DNA from: Vicugna vicugna
Taxonomy: Eukaryota
Assembly: GCA_013265495.1 (NCBI GenBank)
Contig: MU058418.1
Span: 2,382,917 to 2,446,916, forward strand
Reading direction: 5' to 3'
Length of the DNA stretch: 64,000 nucleotides
The notes under the pieces were generated by a model that saw only the letters and a program-made list of their open reading frames with translations, did no database searches and was not told the origin of the DNA. Positions 11,403-24,815 of the stretch are shown one piece after another. Made by a program: the position numbers and the translations under genes. The number at the start of each line of letters is the position of its first letter. Position 1 is the first letter of the stretch.

Positions 11403-12371
11403 CACATTATAAAAATGCAATTTTTGGCATGTGACAGATGATAGAATAACTATTTAAGAGCTGAATTAATTAGTGCATTTACTCTAACAGTTTTTTTATG
11501 TATCATCTCCCTCCTGTGAAAATCTTGATGTAAAAAAATCATATGCATTTGCACATTGTTCACAAATTGTCACTGAAACACCTTATCCAGATTATTGGGG
11601 AGGGGTATGAAGGGGGTAATATATTCACGTAACAGTATTCATAGGACACTAAAGCATTATTGGTGTTATCAGTGCAAATTAATCTACCCCCTTGGCTACT
11701 GGGTTTGGAAGACAATCTCCAGAGGATGTCGGAAACCATTCCTTTATCTTACCACACATGTGCACTTGTGAATCCTGAAATCACAATTTTTAGACACAGT
11801 TTTTCCATCTAGAAAGAATTTTAAATGTTGAAAATTCATATTGACTGAGTTTACTGTTACTGGCCAGGTCTTGTAGCAAAATGCACAGTCCTATAAAATA
11901 AACAAATTCTTCTAAGACAGGAGTCCAAGATATACTGTGTTCATGAGATAAATGAAGGTATGCCTAGCAAGTCCCCTTTGAGGCACTCTTATCTTCAAAA
12001 CACAGGGCATTAAGATCCTCAAGAACTAAACATTCCCATTCCACTACAGGGTGTGAATCATAGTTGTTCCCCTCATCCCCTTCTTCCCGACTGATGTGAG
12101 GATAAATACGACAATATATGTGGACATACTCTGAGCACCTATGAAGAAATATGCACAGAAGTACAAATAGTTACTGGTCTTAGGCCTTAGGAAAATACAC
12201 ACAAGCAAATTTTCTCATATAGTCCACAAGTATTTACTGAATGCTTATTATCTTCTAGATACAATCTCAGGGCTGGGACTACAGAAATGAACTAGATAGA
12301 CAAAAGGTGTCTGCTCATAGTGTTATACTCTAGTGGGGGAGATGGCCTACAAGCAAACAAATACACATTGA

Positions 12372-12840
12372 AGAGATTTATTATAAAGAATTGGCTCAAA
12401 CAACAAAAACAAAAGAACTGGCGCATGCAACTATGGAGGCTAAGAAGTTGCAAGAGCTATAGTCAGCAAGCTGGACACTTAGGAGAGCTGATGGCATGGT
12501 TCCAGTCTGAGTCCAAAGGCCTGAGAACCAGGAGAGCCCATGGGCTCAAAACCCAAGAACTGATGTTTCAAATAGAGACCAAAGGCAGGAAAAGACCAGT
12601 GTTCCTGCTCAGGTCAATCAGGCAGCAGGAGTTTACTCAGCTCTTTTATTCTTTTCTGCTCTTCAATCCACTGGATGAGGCCCCCTTGCATCAGGGAGGG
12701 CAATCTGCTTTACTCAGTCTACTGAGTCAAATGTTAATCCCATCTAGAAACATCCTTGCAGACACACTCAGAATAAGGTTCAACCAAATGTCTGGGCACC
12801 CATGGTTCAGTCAAGCTGACATGTAAAATTAACCATCACA
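12372..12840 (-). mobile_element. MLT2-type ERVL solo LTR inserted in an L2 remnant
   Basis: Ends ...AGTCAAGCTGACATGTAAAATTAACCATCACA, the reverse complement of the MLT2 start; homologous to 46564-47005. Confidence 0.85.
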
Positions 12841-13444
12841 TCAAGAGAACACAATGATCAAAAAAAAAAAAAAGGAAATAAATGTTTCAGGAGGGAGTAG
12901 TCAATTGGGTCAAACATTGCTGAGAGAATAATTCAAATAAGGATTAAAAACAATGACTATAGATTTTTTAATGTGAATGTCATTAGTGAACTTGACAAGA
13001 GAAATTTCACAGGAATGAGGCGGGTAGGGGGAAAGGTACAAGAGAAAAATGAATGAGCAATCTAGTCTCCATCATCTTGCAACAGAGCTGCAAACTTTTT
13101 AACACAATAAAGCACACCAAGTTTTATAAACATATAGTTTTATAATGGCTGTAAATTTAGAGCCAGGAAGATCAGCATTATTACCCATTTGTTATATTAA
13201 CATATCTTTTAACGAACTAACCTTCATAGACCAGTCAGCATCATCAGTGTTTCAGGCTCTATTAGTATCCAAGATGCATTCACAAGTGGACTGAAATAGC
13301 AAAAGCTCTGGCTGTAAGCTTTTCCAAACACGTGGAGAGGAAAACAATATGACTTCAGAGATGGAATAAAAAAGTCATTACACATACTATAATTACAAAA
13401 AAATTTTTCTTGCAATTAGTAAGTTAAGAAATTTCAACACTAAG

Positions 13445-13573
13445 GGTGGGTTACAGCTCAAGTGGTAGAATGCATGCTTAGCATGCATGAGGTCTGGGTT
13501 CAATCCCCAGTACCTCCTCCAGAAATAAATAAATCTAATCCCCCCCCAATTTTTTTAATTAAAAAAAAAAGAA
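13445..13573 (+). mobile_element. tRNA-Ala-derived SINE (Vic-1-like)
   Basis: tRNA-Ala(AGC)-like head, A-rich tail, 19-bp TSD with 1 mismatch (13426-13444 / 13574-13592) at a TT|AAGA L1 endonuclease site. Confidence 0.92.
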
Positions 13574-13929
13574 AAGAAAGTTCAACACTAAGCTAATAGG
13601 ACAGGCCATGGGTTTAACTTCTATCTACTTGGATTAATATTAAATATCTACCCTAGTCCTAATCAAAATCTTTGAGAGAGCCAAGAACAGGAAGATACTA
13701 AACAATCAGATTGTTAATACTCCCGGTGTACACAATTGGCCAGTCTGTGTAATGTCAGTGGGTTGGATTTTATCCTACCTGATGATGTAAGGATATAAAA
13801 CTCAAACATCTGTATGAAGAAATGTCACATATTCATTTGGTCCATCTAGTATTAAGAATCTCCTATTTTAATCTCCTATGCTAGTTGCTGGGAGCATATA
13901 GTCTCAGAGAAAAGCAAGATTCACTCTAA

Positions 13930-14290
13930 CATCCAACTGCCTACACACTTTGCTGTCTAATGGGCATCCTAAATTTAACACATTTAAAATAGAGCCACTG
14001 ATCGTTACCCCAATAAGTGCTCTTTCTCCCTTCTTTACCGTCTAAGCTAATGGCAATGTCATCTTCCTAGTTGTTCAAGCCAGAAACCTTGGACTCACAC
14101 TTACCCTTCCTTTTCTCTCAGACCTCCCACCCAATGTGAATGCTTTTTTGCCTTTATTTTCAAAATACACCCAGAGTCTAGCCACTTCTTCCCATCTCCA
14201 CCACTATCAAAATCTCTTGCCTGAATTACTGTAGTAGCCTTCTCTCTGGTCTCCTGGCTTCAGTTTTTGTGCCCTTCAGTCTGTTGTCTA
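13930..14290 (+). mobile_element. L2 LINE remnant
   Basis: Typical L2 text (GTCTAATGGGCATCCTAAATTTAACA, CAAGCCAGAAACCTTGGACTCA, CCAGAGTCTAGCCACTTCT). Confidence 0.7.
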
Positions 14291-14824
14291 CAAAGTGGTT
14301 CATCCCACAAACAGTTGCTCCCTTGATTACCCTTTAGATCAAGTCACAGAATGAGCCCACTAGCATTATAGCATGTCTTGAAAGGACAAATTTAGGGGGA
14401 AAATGTGAATGACCTAAAACCCTGGTTCAGAACTATTTTAACATGGAACTTAAATCCAGGGCTATTCATAACTTAATAGCTCTTCCCCAAGGAGATCACT
14501 TATAAGCAAGAAAAATATTTTAATTGAATGCTAGAAATTTAAAGAAGTTTGTCAAATCTCATCAAAATCCACTTACTGGAAATAAAAGCTTATTTTTTTA
14601 AAAAAAAAAAAGGACAAACTTGGAGAAGAGGTATTTAGACTCCAGAAATAGGCCTTGAATAAGAGTTTCTTGAGTGAGGAATTTGGGGGTCGTGGGGGCC
14701 TTGTGTCTGGTCTAGAAGTGAGGACATAGACTCTTCATCCCAAGATAAGGAATACAACTGGAATAGACCTAGAGTAGGGGCCTCTGCAGCATGAGGCCCA
14801 GGGCAGAGTCCCACTTAGCCCAAG

Positions 14825-15270
14825 GTATTATTTTTCTATTGCTGCTGTAACCAATGAGCACAAACTTGGTAGCTTAAAACAATACATATTCAGTCCCTTA
14901 CAAAGATCAGAAGTCTGCACTATATTTCATTGGGCTGAAGTCAGGACGTAAGCAGGGCTGCACTTCCTTTGGAGGTTCTAGGGGGAGAATTTGCTTCCTT
15001 GACTTTTTCAGGTTTTAGAGTTGTATTCTTTGGCCTGTGGCTTCTTCTGCCATCTTCAAAACCAGTAGTGTATTATTTTGCTTCAGTGGTTACATTGCCT
15101 TCTTCTGAAGTCAAATCTCCTTCTGCCTCCCTCCTATAAGGACACTTGTAATTACATTCAGTGCTTGCCCAGATAATCCAGGATAACCTCCCCATCTCAA
15201 GATCCTTGACTTAATCACATCTGCAAAGACTTTTTTATCATATAAGGTAACAGTCACAGCTCTGAGAACA
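14825..15270 (-). mobile_element. MaLR solo LTR (MLT1D/E-like)
   Basis: TTTCTATTGCTGCTGTAACC...CCAGATAATCCAGGATAACCTCCCCATCTCAAGATCCTTGACTTAATCACATCTGCAAAGAC. Confidence 0.85.
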
Positions 15271-15299
15271 GTACTGATGAAAAGTGCAATAGTAAAGGT

Positions 15300-16720
15300 A
15301 TACACAGAGTGGTAGGGATCCCATAGGAAGGCCAGGGAAATCCTATGGAAGGCTCCACTAGCGAGGCAATACTGTGCTGAGTCAAGAAGAACAAAAGAAA
15401 TCTACAAGGCAAAGGACATTGAAGGAGAGTGTTCTAGATCAGGAGGACAACATGAATCACAAAAGCATGGCCCATTCAGAGCAATGCAGGCCATTCAGTA
15501 TGGCTGGAGTGTATAAGATCTAGAGCCTAGAGAGGAGGTAACAGGAGATAAGTCTGGAGAGGTAGGCAGGAGCCAGATTATAAGAAGCAGCATTAGGAAT
15601 GGACTGCAGGTGGGAAATCTGGAAGCCAAGAGACTATTTTGAAGACCAGTTGCAGCAACCAAGGTAAGAGGTGCTGTCAGCCTCAGCTAAGAAGGGCAGA
15701 AGGGGTAGGGAGAAGATGGACTCCAAAGATCTCAAAGAAATAGAGTGTCTCTGATTAAGTGAGTGATTATGAGGAACAATTTAGGAGTCAAGGATGTTTA
15801 ACTGGGTGGATACACTGAAACGGGAACAGAGGAGGAGGCAGATCTGAGAAAGAGGATAGTGAATCAAATTTTCCATGTAGGAAATGGCAGGATCTGTGGG
15901 ATAACCAAGTGGGGGCAATTGGCCCTGTGGCTTCAGAGCTCACAAGGATTGCTGGAATGGAGACCTAATTTCGGTAGTCATTGACCTCAAGGTGGAAGTG
16001 AAGCCATGGGAGGGAGTGAGAAAAGGCCAAAGTTACAATCTGGACACAACAACACATGAGAGTACAGTGAAGGAACGCAAAAGAGAAAAGGAGACCAAAG
16101 AGGAGCATCTAGGATAGACCCCTGGAAAACCAAGAGGAAAAAAGTTTTAAGAAGGAAGTGATCAAGTATATAAAGGCTGCCCAGAGGTCACGTAAGAGAG
16201 GGTTTGGAATGTGTGAAGCTGAGTGAGAGCAGCTTCAGTGGAGAGCAGGATAAAAGCTAGATTGCAGTGGATTGAAGAGGCAGTGGGAATTTTCTAATTT
16301 TTACAATATATTTAACTTTAAACAGAAGGAAAGAGATAGGGCAGTAGTTTGGGGGAAATATAGGGTAACAAGATGGTCTTTGTTTTGTTTTGTTTTTTAA
16401 ACATGGGCAAAAATTGAATGTATTATTAGACTGAGGAGAAAGTACCATGTAACTGGAAAAGCAGAAGACAGCAGAGAGAGAAAGATGCCTGACAGAGTGA
16501 GGCTTCACAGGAGAATGGGGTCCAGAATATGATGTCAGGAGGAGAGAGGGACTTAGACAGGAGGAGGTGGAGACACAGCTCCCCTGCTCTGACAGGAGGC
16601 AAGGTGGGAATGACTGGTATTAACAGAGCTAAGTTTATAGGTGGTGGGAGGAAGTTCACAGAGTTCCTATCTGACAACCTCAATTTATCTGAAGGAGGAG
16701 TGCCAGTTAAGAGACTATTG
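15300..16720 (-). mobile_element. L2 LINE remnant
   Basis: Purine-rich antisense L2 text (GGAGAGGTAGGCAGGAGCCAGAT, GGAGTCAAGGATG, AGCTAGATTGCAGTGGATTGAAGAG). Confidence 0.7.
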
Positions 16721-16789
16721 CCAAGAAGTATCAAGAACATAAATTGATGACATTGGGAACAAAGTTGTGAACTTGGGAGAGTGTAATCA

Positions 16790-17490
16790 TTTAATCAAAA
16801 TTAAAAGTCAGACCATACCAAGAACTGCAAGGATGCAGAGCAGCTGGAATTCTTATACATTGATGGTGGGAATGTAAAACAGCATAGACACTTTGGAAAA
16901 TAGTTTGGTGGTTTCTTGAAAAGGTAAACATACTCCTACCATATGACCCAGCCATTCCACTCTTAAGTATCTATCCAAGAGAAATTAAAGCATATGTCTA
17001 TACAAAGATTTGCACATGAATGTTCACAGAAGCTTTACTTGGAACAGCCAAAAACTGAAAACGACTCAAATGTCCATCAACAGGTAAATGAATAAACAAA
17101 TTGTGGTGCATTTGTACAATAGAATGCTACTCAGAAATTAAAAGGAATGAACTACTGATACATGTGACCACATGGATATGTCTCAAAAAAATTATGCTGG
17201 GTGAAAGAAGCCAGGCAGAAAAAGAACACATATTGTAAGATTGCACTTACATAAAATCCTTGAAAATGTACAATGACAGAAAGCAGATTAATAGTTGGGA
17301 TTGGGGGATTAGGGACTGGAAGGAGAGAGAGAGGCAGGGATGGCAAAGAAGCACAAGGAACCTTTTTGGGATGATGGATAAGTTCATTATCTTACTTGTG
17401 ATGATCATTTCATGGATGTACACAAATGTCAAATTTCATCAAATTGCATACTTTAAATATGTACAGCTTATTATACATCAATAAGGTTGT
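16790..17490 (+). mobile_element. Old L1M (L1MC/MD-like) ORF2 end and 3'UTR
   Basis: CCATATGACCCAGCCATTCCACTC, CAAATGTCCATCAACAGGTAAATGAATAAACAAATTGTGG; degenerate. Confidence 0.85.
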
Positions 17491-18110
17491 AATAAATAAG
17501 TTAAGGGTCAGATAAAGAATCAAAGTAAAATAGCAGCTAATAAATAATAAAAATAATACCATATGGAAATAAAATGCAAAGTTTCAATGTGGCATGGCTC
17601 ATTAGTCAGAAAAAGCTAAATTATGTTGCAGTAACAAACAATCCCACAAAAATCACAGTGGGTTGACACAGCAAAGATTTCTCTCCTGTATAATGTTAAC
17701 TGCACAGCCTGGGCAACTTTCTAAGGCAACTGTTTTCTATACAATGTAGTCACCCATCTTCTGGCACTATCCCCACAACATAAGACCATCTCCAAAATCA
17801 CTGGGGTTTGGGAGAACTGTAGGGTCTCACACCAGCAGTGAAATGCTTTGGCTCACAAATGACACTTTCACGCACAATCCATTAGGCAGAGCTAGTTACA
17901 TAGGCCCACCTAACTACATGAGGGACATGAGGAAGTGTAATGATCCTGAGTTCTCAGGAAGAAAGGTAAATCAGAAATGGATGAATTCAAGATTTTTACC
18001 ACTCATGGCTTCCAGAACAAATACGCTGTTTTTGCCAAAACTGAACATCAAGTTGCAGACAGAGATTCACAAGATTCAAACCCAAATTTTCAATTATTTA
18101 AGACTAGACA

Positions 18111-19095
18111 AGATGGGCAAAAGACTTGAACAAGCAATTCTCCAAGGAACACATACAAATGATCAATAAGCACATGAAAAAATGCTCAATATCACTAATT
18201 ATCAGAAAAATGCAAATCAAAACTACAATGAGGTATCACCTCACTCCAGTCAGAATGGCCATCATTCAAAAGTCCACAAATGACAAATGCTGGAGAGGCT
18301 ATGGAGAAAGGGGAACCCTCCTACACTGCCGGTGGGAATGCTGTTTGGTGCAGCCACTGTGGAAAACAGTATGGAGATTCCTCAAAAGACTATGAATAGA
18401 AACTTACCGTATGACCCAGGAATCCCACTCCTGGGCTTATATCCAGAAGGAACCCTACTTCAGGATGACACCTGCACCCCAATGTTCATAGCAGCACTAT
18501 TTACAATAGCCAAGACATGAAAACAGCCTAAATGTCCATCAAAGGATGACTGGATAAAGAAGATGTGGTGTATTTATACAATGGAATACTACTCAGCCAT
18601 AAAAACCGACAACATAACGCCATTTGCAGCAACATGGATGCTCCTGGAGAATGTTATCCTAAGTGAAGTAAGCCAGAAAGAGAAAGAAAAATATCATATG
18701 AGATCGCTCATATGTGGAATCTAAAAAACAAAAACAAAAGCATAAATACAAAACAGAAATAGACTCATAGACATAAAATATAAACTTGTGGTTGCCAAGG
18801 GGGTGGAGGGTGGGAAGGGATAGACAGGATTTTAAAATTGTAGAATAGATAAACAAGATTATACTGTAAAGCACAGGGAAATATACACAAGATCTTACGG
18901 TAGCTCACAGAGAAAAAAATGTGACAATGAATATATATATGTTCATGTATAACTGAAAAATTGTGCTCTATACTGTAATTTGACACAACATTGTAAACTG
19001 ATTATAAATCAATAAAAAATGTTAAAAAAAAGTCACACTGCAGGAAAAAAAATCTCTTTCAATAAAATTTAAAAATTTTCTATGTAGAAAAAAAA
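18111..19095 (+). mobile_element. Young 5'-truncated L1 (ORF2 C-terminus + 3'UTR) with extra 3' sequence
   Basis: ORF fragments carry [17 protein letters not shown] and CWRG...HCRWEC; frameshift and stop present; TSD AAGACTAGACA 18100-18110 / AAGAGTAGACA 19096-19106. Confidence 0.95.
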
Positions 19096-20009
19096 AAGAG
19101 TAGACAGAAGTTCACCATCCTTTAGTAAAACTTCTTACGGTGCTGTTTAGTTCATTTGGCAGAACATAGCATAAAAAAGCCAAGACTTTAAGTGAGCATA
19201 AAGGAAAAGCAGTTCCAGATGGGAGCCTGATTTTCTAACCTCAGTCAGACTTTGCCCCTGGTCTCGCAGGAGAGGACAACTGTGAAGGTTTAGCACAAAC
19301 CCATCTCCACAAATAGACTAACAATCCCAAGCCCACGTTTTTGGATATGTTGTTGAGACTTTGTGGGAGAAATTGAGGGAAAGAATACCAATTAATGGTG
19401 GTCAGAGGATTCTGAAATATCTGAATTCTACCACAACCTTAGTGTGTCCCTTAGGGAAATAGTGAGGCACAATATCCAGTCTAAATTAATAGTTGATAAA
19501 GGAAAGGAAGGAGGAAAGAAGTTTGCTGTGATTGTGAGCTGTGGCTTTGGAAAATAATCTAAGTGCAGAACATCCTTAGAAGCTGGGCTGGTTCATGTAA
19601 ACTGTCCTTTTCTCTTAAGCCAGGATGGTAGACATTGCCTCAGTCCAAAGCTTGACTTGCTTTGCCCAATTTAAGCCCTTCATACTCAAACCCAGGTCTC
19701 AGATCTTGCCATTAGTGGTTAGTAAACAAACCAACACCAAACTTCCAGACATGGGGAGAAGTGATTCAAAATGAGAGAGAAAGTGAGAGAGAGACCCAGT
19801 GGCCAGTTAGCCTGGACCTGGTTGTCTCAGCGGATAGCCGGAAGGAACTGGCCAAGTCTCCAGACGAGGAGCAGTGCTGTCCCTCCTTCTCCAGCCAGAA
19901 GGAAGAGAGTATGCAGTCAGCCACTTACAGGGTGGACCAACTGGATCAGTGCTCCTGCCGGTTAAGGGTAGTGTGAAAAGATGGAGAGAAGAAAACAGCA
20001 TCTTACTTA

Positions 20010-20190
20010 ATGTAGACGTCTGGCTTTTTAACTTGCTGTCAGACCTTGGGCAAATTCTTATTTATTCAGCAGGGAATCATAATAGTAACTTAGGGTTGTT
20101 GTAAGGGTTAAATGAGTTAATATATAAAGTTCAATTGTGCCTGACACATGATAGCAACTTATATGCCTTAGCTGCTATTATTATTACTGT
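20010..20190 (+). mobile_element. MIR SINE remnant
   Basis: GACCTTGGGCAAATT...AGGGTTGTTGTAAGGGTTAAATGAGTTAATATATAAAG...GTGCCTGACACATG. Confidence 0.7.
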
Positions 20191-20673
20191 TGGTGAAAGC
20201 AGACTTCATGAATGCTGAATTTCACCTAGTCTACATTTTATAGCCTTAAGTGTATTTTGCTTTTCAAGTTTCCTTCTACTGCACTCATAAAATATTTTTC
20301 ATACATTATCAGTTTCCAGTAATCGGAAGATCTCGAAAGTGCTATTAAAATCTTTAGCTACTGCTCTGAAAATAAGCTGAATATAACATATGATATTTGT
20401 ATAATATTTGATACATAGTTAAGATTTATCTCCAAAACAGCAATCCAAATCAGTATTATGCCCATTTTTCCCAATGAATGAAACTGACATCTACATATTT
20501 GCTAAAAATATTAATCTTTAATTTTCAAATAGAATCAATATTTAGGAATACCTGAGAACAACATTAATACTGATTATATCATCGCTGCTTCCCCCAAAGT
20601 AGATTTTTTTTGTACATAAAACCAAACAAAAAATTAACTTACACACAAATTCTGTCTTTCTGTCTCTGTCTTG

Positions 20674-20696
20674 CACACACACACACACACACACAT
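20674..20696. repeat. (CA)n microsatellite
   Basis: About 11 units read directly. Confidence 0.9.
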
Positions 20697-23099
20697 CACG
20701 TACCTGGGAGTCTCTGTGACTTATCAGGGCTCACGCACAGAGTATACTACACAACTAGTGTGGCTTATGTTCCAGGATGCCCTGAAGAACTGGATTATTT
20801 CCTAGAAAAAATGCACCTATAAGAAAGGAATTTATTAGGATCAACTCCAGAGGTGTACATAACCAGCAGAGCCAACATTCCCGGACAGATGGGTGACTGG
20901 ATGAACATATTTGAATACATACATGTAGGTGGAAGGAAGTGGGGAGAAGGACCTACTCACCAAGAGAATCCTTTTAGTGTAATTATTTATGAGTCTGGGC
21001 ATGTTGTATTGGGGGAAAGGGGTTTATGGCCATTTGATTATGCACTTGAGAGCCCTGTCCTAGAAGCCTTCCTGTATGTGCTGGGTTAAGTCTTCATGTA
21101 ACCAAGTCCAAGAATGACTACAGTGCCTGGTAGTGGGGTGTTACTGTAATATTCAAGTGAACCTTGTATTAAAAGAAGAATTGCCCCTCAATGTTTTTTA
21201 TTATTAATGGGAACATATGGTAAATAAACATGAGATGGCATTCTTTCCTTCACTGAAAGTGCATTAAATTTATGTTTTGCCAATATTTCACACAAAGGAG
21301 CCTATAAAAACTGTGGCAGAAGGTAAAGACAGCTATATAATCATGTTTCATAACATACTGATAAGTCATATGTCCACCACTGTGAATGCACATTCACTTT
21401 ATTACCGAAGCAGCAGACAGCTGATAACATTCTCTTTTATTGCGAGACAATCAGTGTGTGGCAGGTTATCACTGGACAGGGTGGTACAAGAACAGCAGGA
21501 CTTCCCACACCACGCAGCATGCACGTGAAAACCGGTCAGGCCAGGCTTTGCAGACCGCGCTTATCTCCTGGAGCCTGTGACTTCCTTCCTCCCCACACAG
21601 AGGCCACCTTCTTTGTTAAGGGAGCCAACCAAGTCTGCTAGTGGTTTTTGTTGTAGCATCAGAGGGCTGGAAGGGGCCTTAGAGACCATCTTGTCCAAAT
21701 CCCTTGGGTTTCAGACAGTGATACTGTCTTGGGATTCAGATTAGAGAAAATGGGTCACTTACCCAAGACTGCACGGCTTGTCGATGGGGAAGACCGATCT
21801 GAACTCAGTTTACCCAGGTTTCCTACTTTTCTGTCCTGTCACCTGAAGAGGGCATCATTCTGTCAGCTCATTCAGACTCATGTGGTCTCTCAACTATGTT
21901 TATAGCCTCTCTCTGCCCCTTACTCTGTTCTCAGGGATGCCCTTTCTTACATCCTAGAAAAGCAGCTGGGCCAGGACCCCATGCCAACCCTAGTGCCTGG
22001 ACTGAGCTCTGATTGTTGTTAGGGGTGGTGACTCAGGCTTGACTTTTGGCAAGGAGGATGCTGATGGAGCTATCTGCAAAGCCCAATGCTCTCTTTTCTG
22101 GACTGCAAACCCCAGGTTCACAGTAGATGGTCCCACCACTCCAGAGTCCTGGCCCTTCAGTGTGATGGAAAAAGGGAGTTTTGACCCTAGGTTACAGTTA
22201 TAATTCTCCCAAAGCCCCAGGTTTGGCTTCTTTTCTTCTTTCTATCAGAGCCCACAAGACAGAGTGATATCATCCAGAAAGCAGAGTCTGGTGGCAGCTT
22301 CCCACCACATCACTGTGGAGGACAATGTTTGGCAGTGAGTTGTAGACAGCAGAGTCATCAGCCCTAAACACCAGAGCCAAACTCTCTTGTGCCCTATAAT
22401 TCAGTCCAGGACCTGTTTTGAGTTTTGTTTATGCTTGAAATAACATCTTCAACTACTAAATCCTGCAGTTGACCACCTTAAAGACTTTAGGCAAAGCTTT
22501 TTGCCTAAAGAGTCAAAAGAGTTTTCTACCTCCCCCAATTAAGAAAATACAAGTGACTACCTATCGCTAACATCTCTGGAGTGGGGAGGACTTTCTGAGC
22601 TGAAAGCAATGAACAAAACCACTAAAGTATATCAGAAATTAAAGAATGTGTGCTAAAACAAATCTGTGGTAAAACTAAAAGAAAAAGAACAAAGTAGAGA
22701 AAATTATATATATATATGACAAGAGGGTTATTCTTTTACATTTTAAGAATTTTAACAATCAAGCAAAGCTAATGAACCCAATAGGAAAGTTAACAAAAAT
22801 ATGAAAGACATTTCAAAAAGGAAGATAAACTGCTCAATTATATTACCAAGAACTGTGAATAAAAATAGCAAGATGCCATTTTTCCTCTAGCAAGTCAAGT
22901 GCTTTTTTAAATGAAAGTATCAAATATTGACAAAATAATAATCACAATGCCTTGTTGGCTTTAAAATACATGTAGAATTATAATGTAAGACAACAACATT
23001 TCACTGCCTAAGAGTATAAATTTATGAATTAGAAAAAAAAAACCTGTATGATGGAGAAGACTGATAGTCTTTGCATTATTTGGGAAATGGTAATGGTGC

Positions 23100-23500
23100 T
23101 GTGTTAGTTTCCTGTGGCTGCCACAATAGATTACCACAAACTGGGTGGCTTAAAAAAAAAAAAAACAGAAACAGAAATATATCCTCTTACAGCTCTGGAG
23201 GCCAAAAGTCTGAAGTCAAGTTTTTGGCAGGGCCATTCCCTTGTAAGGCTCTAGGGGAGAATCCTCCTTTGCCTCTTCCAGCTTCTGGTGGCTCCAGGCA
23301 TTCTTGCCCATAGCTGCATACCTCCAATCTCCAGTCAGCCTCCATCCACACCTGTCCTTCTCCTCTCTGTGTCCTCTCCTCTTCTGTCTCTTTTTAAGGA
23401 CCTTTGTCATTGGATTTAGGGCTCACCCAGATAATCTCATCTATTGAGATCCTTAATTACATCATCAAAGACCCTTTTTCTAGAAAAAGTCACTTTCAAA
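23100..23500 (-). mobile_element. MaLR solo LTR (MLT1C-like)
   Basis: TGTGTTAGTTTCCTGTGGCTGCCACAATAGATTACCACAAACTGGGTGGCTTAAA...CTCTGGAGGCCAAAAGTCTGAAGTCAAG. Confidence 0.85.
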
Positions 23501-24664
23501 CATGTATTCTATTCCATATTTACAGTTGTTCTCGATGGAAAGATTGGTTTCGTACAAGCTAGTCCATCAGAATCAGAAGTTTCTAATATATCTTTAATAA
23601 GTATCATTTTGTTTGGAGATATTTCTACAGAATGTATGCTTTCTCCGTTTTCTATATATGTATTTTAAATTTACACAAATGGTGCTGGGTTTTGTGAGGT
23701 CTCCCTGTGTTTCTTACCTTTTTCTCTGAGTGCCATGACCTTGAGCTATCCCTTTAGCCATGCAGACTCTATAAAGATTATGCTTCTCACTGCTGAATCG
23801 CAGTGTGCTTCTGCTACATTCTAGTCTCCCAGTAATGGCACCCAGATTGCTTCCCACTTTCTAAAACTACACATAGTATCAAAATGAACACTCCCAAATA
23901 TGTCCCCTTATTGACTAGTCTGAGAATTTCTTTAAACTATACATAGACCCAGGAGCAGAATTACTGAGTCACTTGATAAATTTGACCAAGTATTATCATA
24001 TTGCTCTCCAAAATGGTTTTACCTCTGTGTTAAATGTTAGGATCACAGAAGTGCAAGTATTTGGACTTTTCCATACAGCAAAATGCATACAGCAGTAATG
24101 CTAATCGTTGTGTTCTCCCTCCCTCCATCCCCTACACTGCTTCCTGCTCTGGCCTCCTTAGTTTTACCCCATGAACTGGTCACCAAAAGCCACAGCTGAT
24201 TCGATAAGGATGGACACATTGACCATGCTGAGCCAATCAGATACTTTCTACCAAAAATTTGGGATAAAGACACAGAAAGACCCAGTTATAAGACGGTGGA
24301 CGCTTGAATTGAAAGTTTATATAAAGTCAGAACTAAACTGGCTTAACCACCTTTAGTAACTTTTTTGCACTGAAATTTAAGCAGGGAGAATCAGTAGAGA
24401 GAGGGAGAAAAGCAGTAAATGGAGCTGACGTGGCTCCACTAGAAATGGAAGAAGCAGTTTATCCTTTGCCTCCCTGGTCCTCATGGTCTGGCTGAATTTT
24501 GTTTCCCATTTTGGATGTCTACTAGGTGAGTTACCTACTGAATTCTTTAAAAAAAAAAACACAACTGACTTTACCTAACTTAAATAGGCTACCTTTCTAG
24601 TAATCAAATAGCTCCTAAGAAAATATATAGCTTATTTTCTTACCTTAGTAGACAGAGTACATTG

Positions 24665-24815
24665 TTTCTCTAAATAAAATTTTATTAGAACACAGCCAAC
24701 TCATTCATCCATATGTTGTCTATGATTGTTTTCGCACTACAGAGCCATTACTGTATGGCCCGCAGAGTCTAAATTATTATGTGTACCTTCACAGGAGAAG
24801 TTTGCTGGCCCTGGC
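24665..24815. mobile_element. MER58-like hAT MITE fragment
   Basis: TAAATAAAATTTTATTAGAACACAGCC...TATGGCCCGCAGAGTCTAAA...AAGTTTGCTGGCCCTG. Confidence 0.7.

Noticed and set aside
13445..13518. Apparent tRNA-Ala(AGC) genes here and at ~43797 and ~60661
   Set aside because: Stem mismatches, shared non-tRNA tails and TSDs identify them as SINEs.
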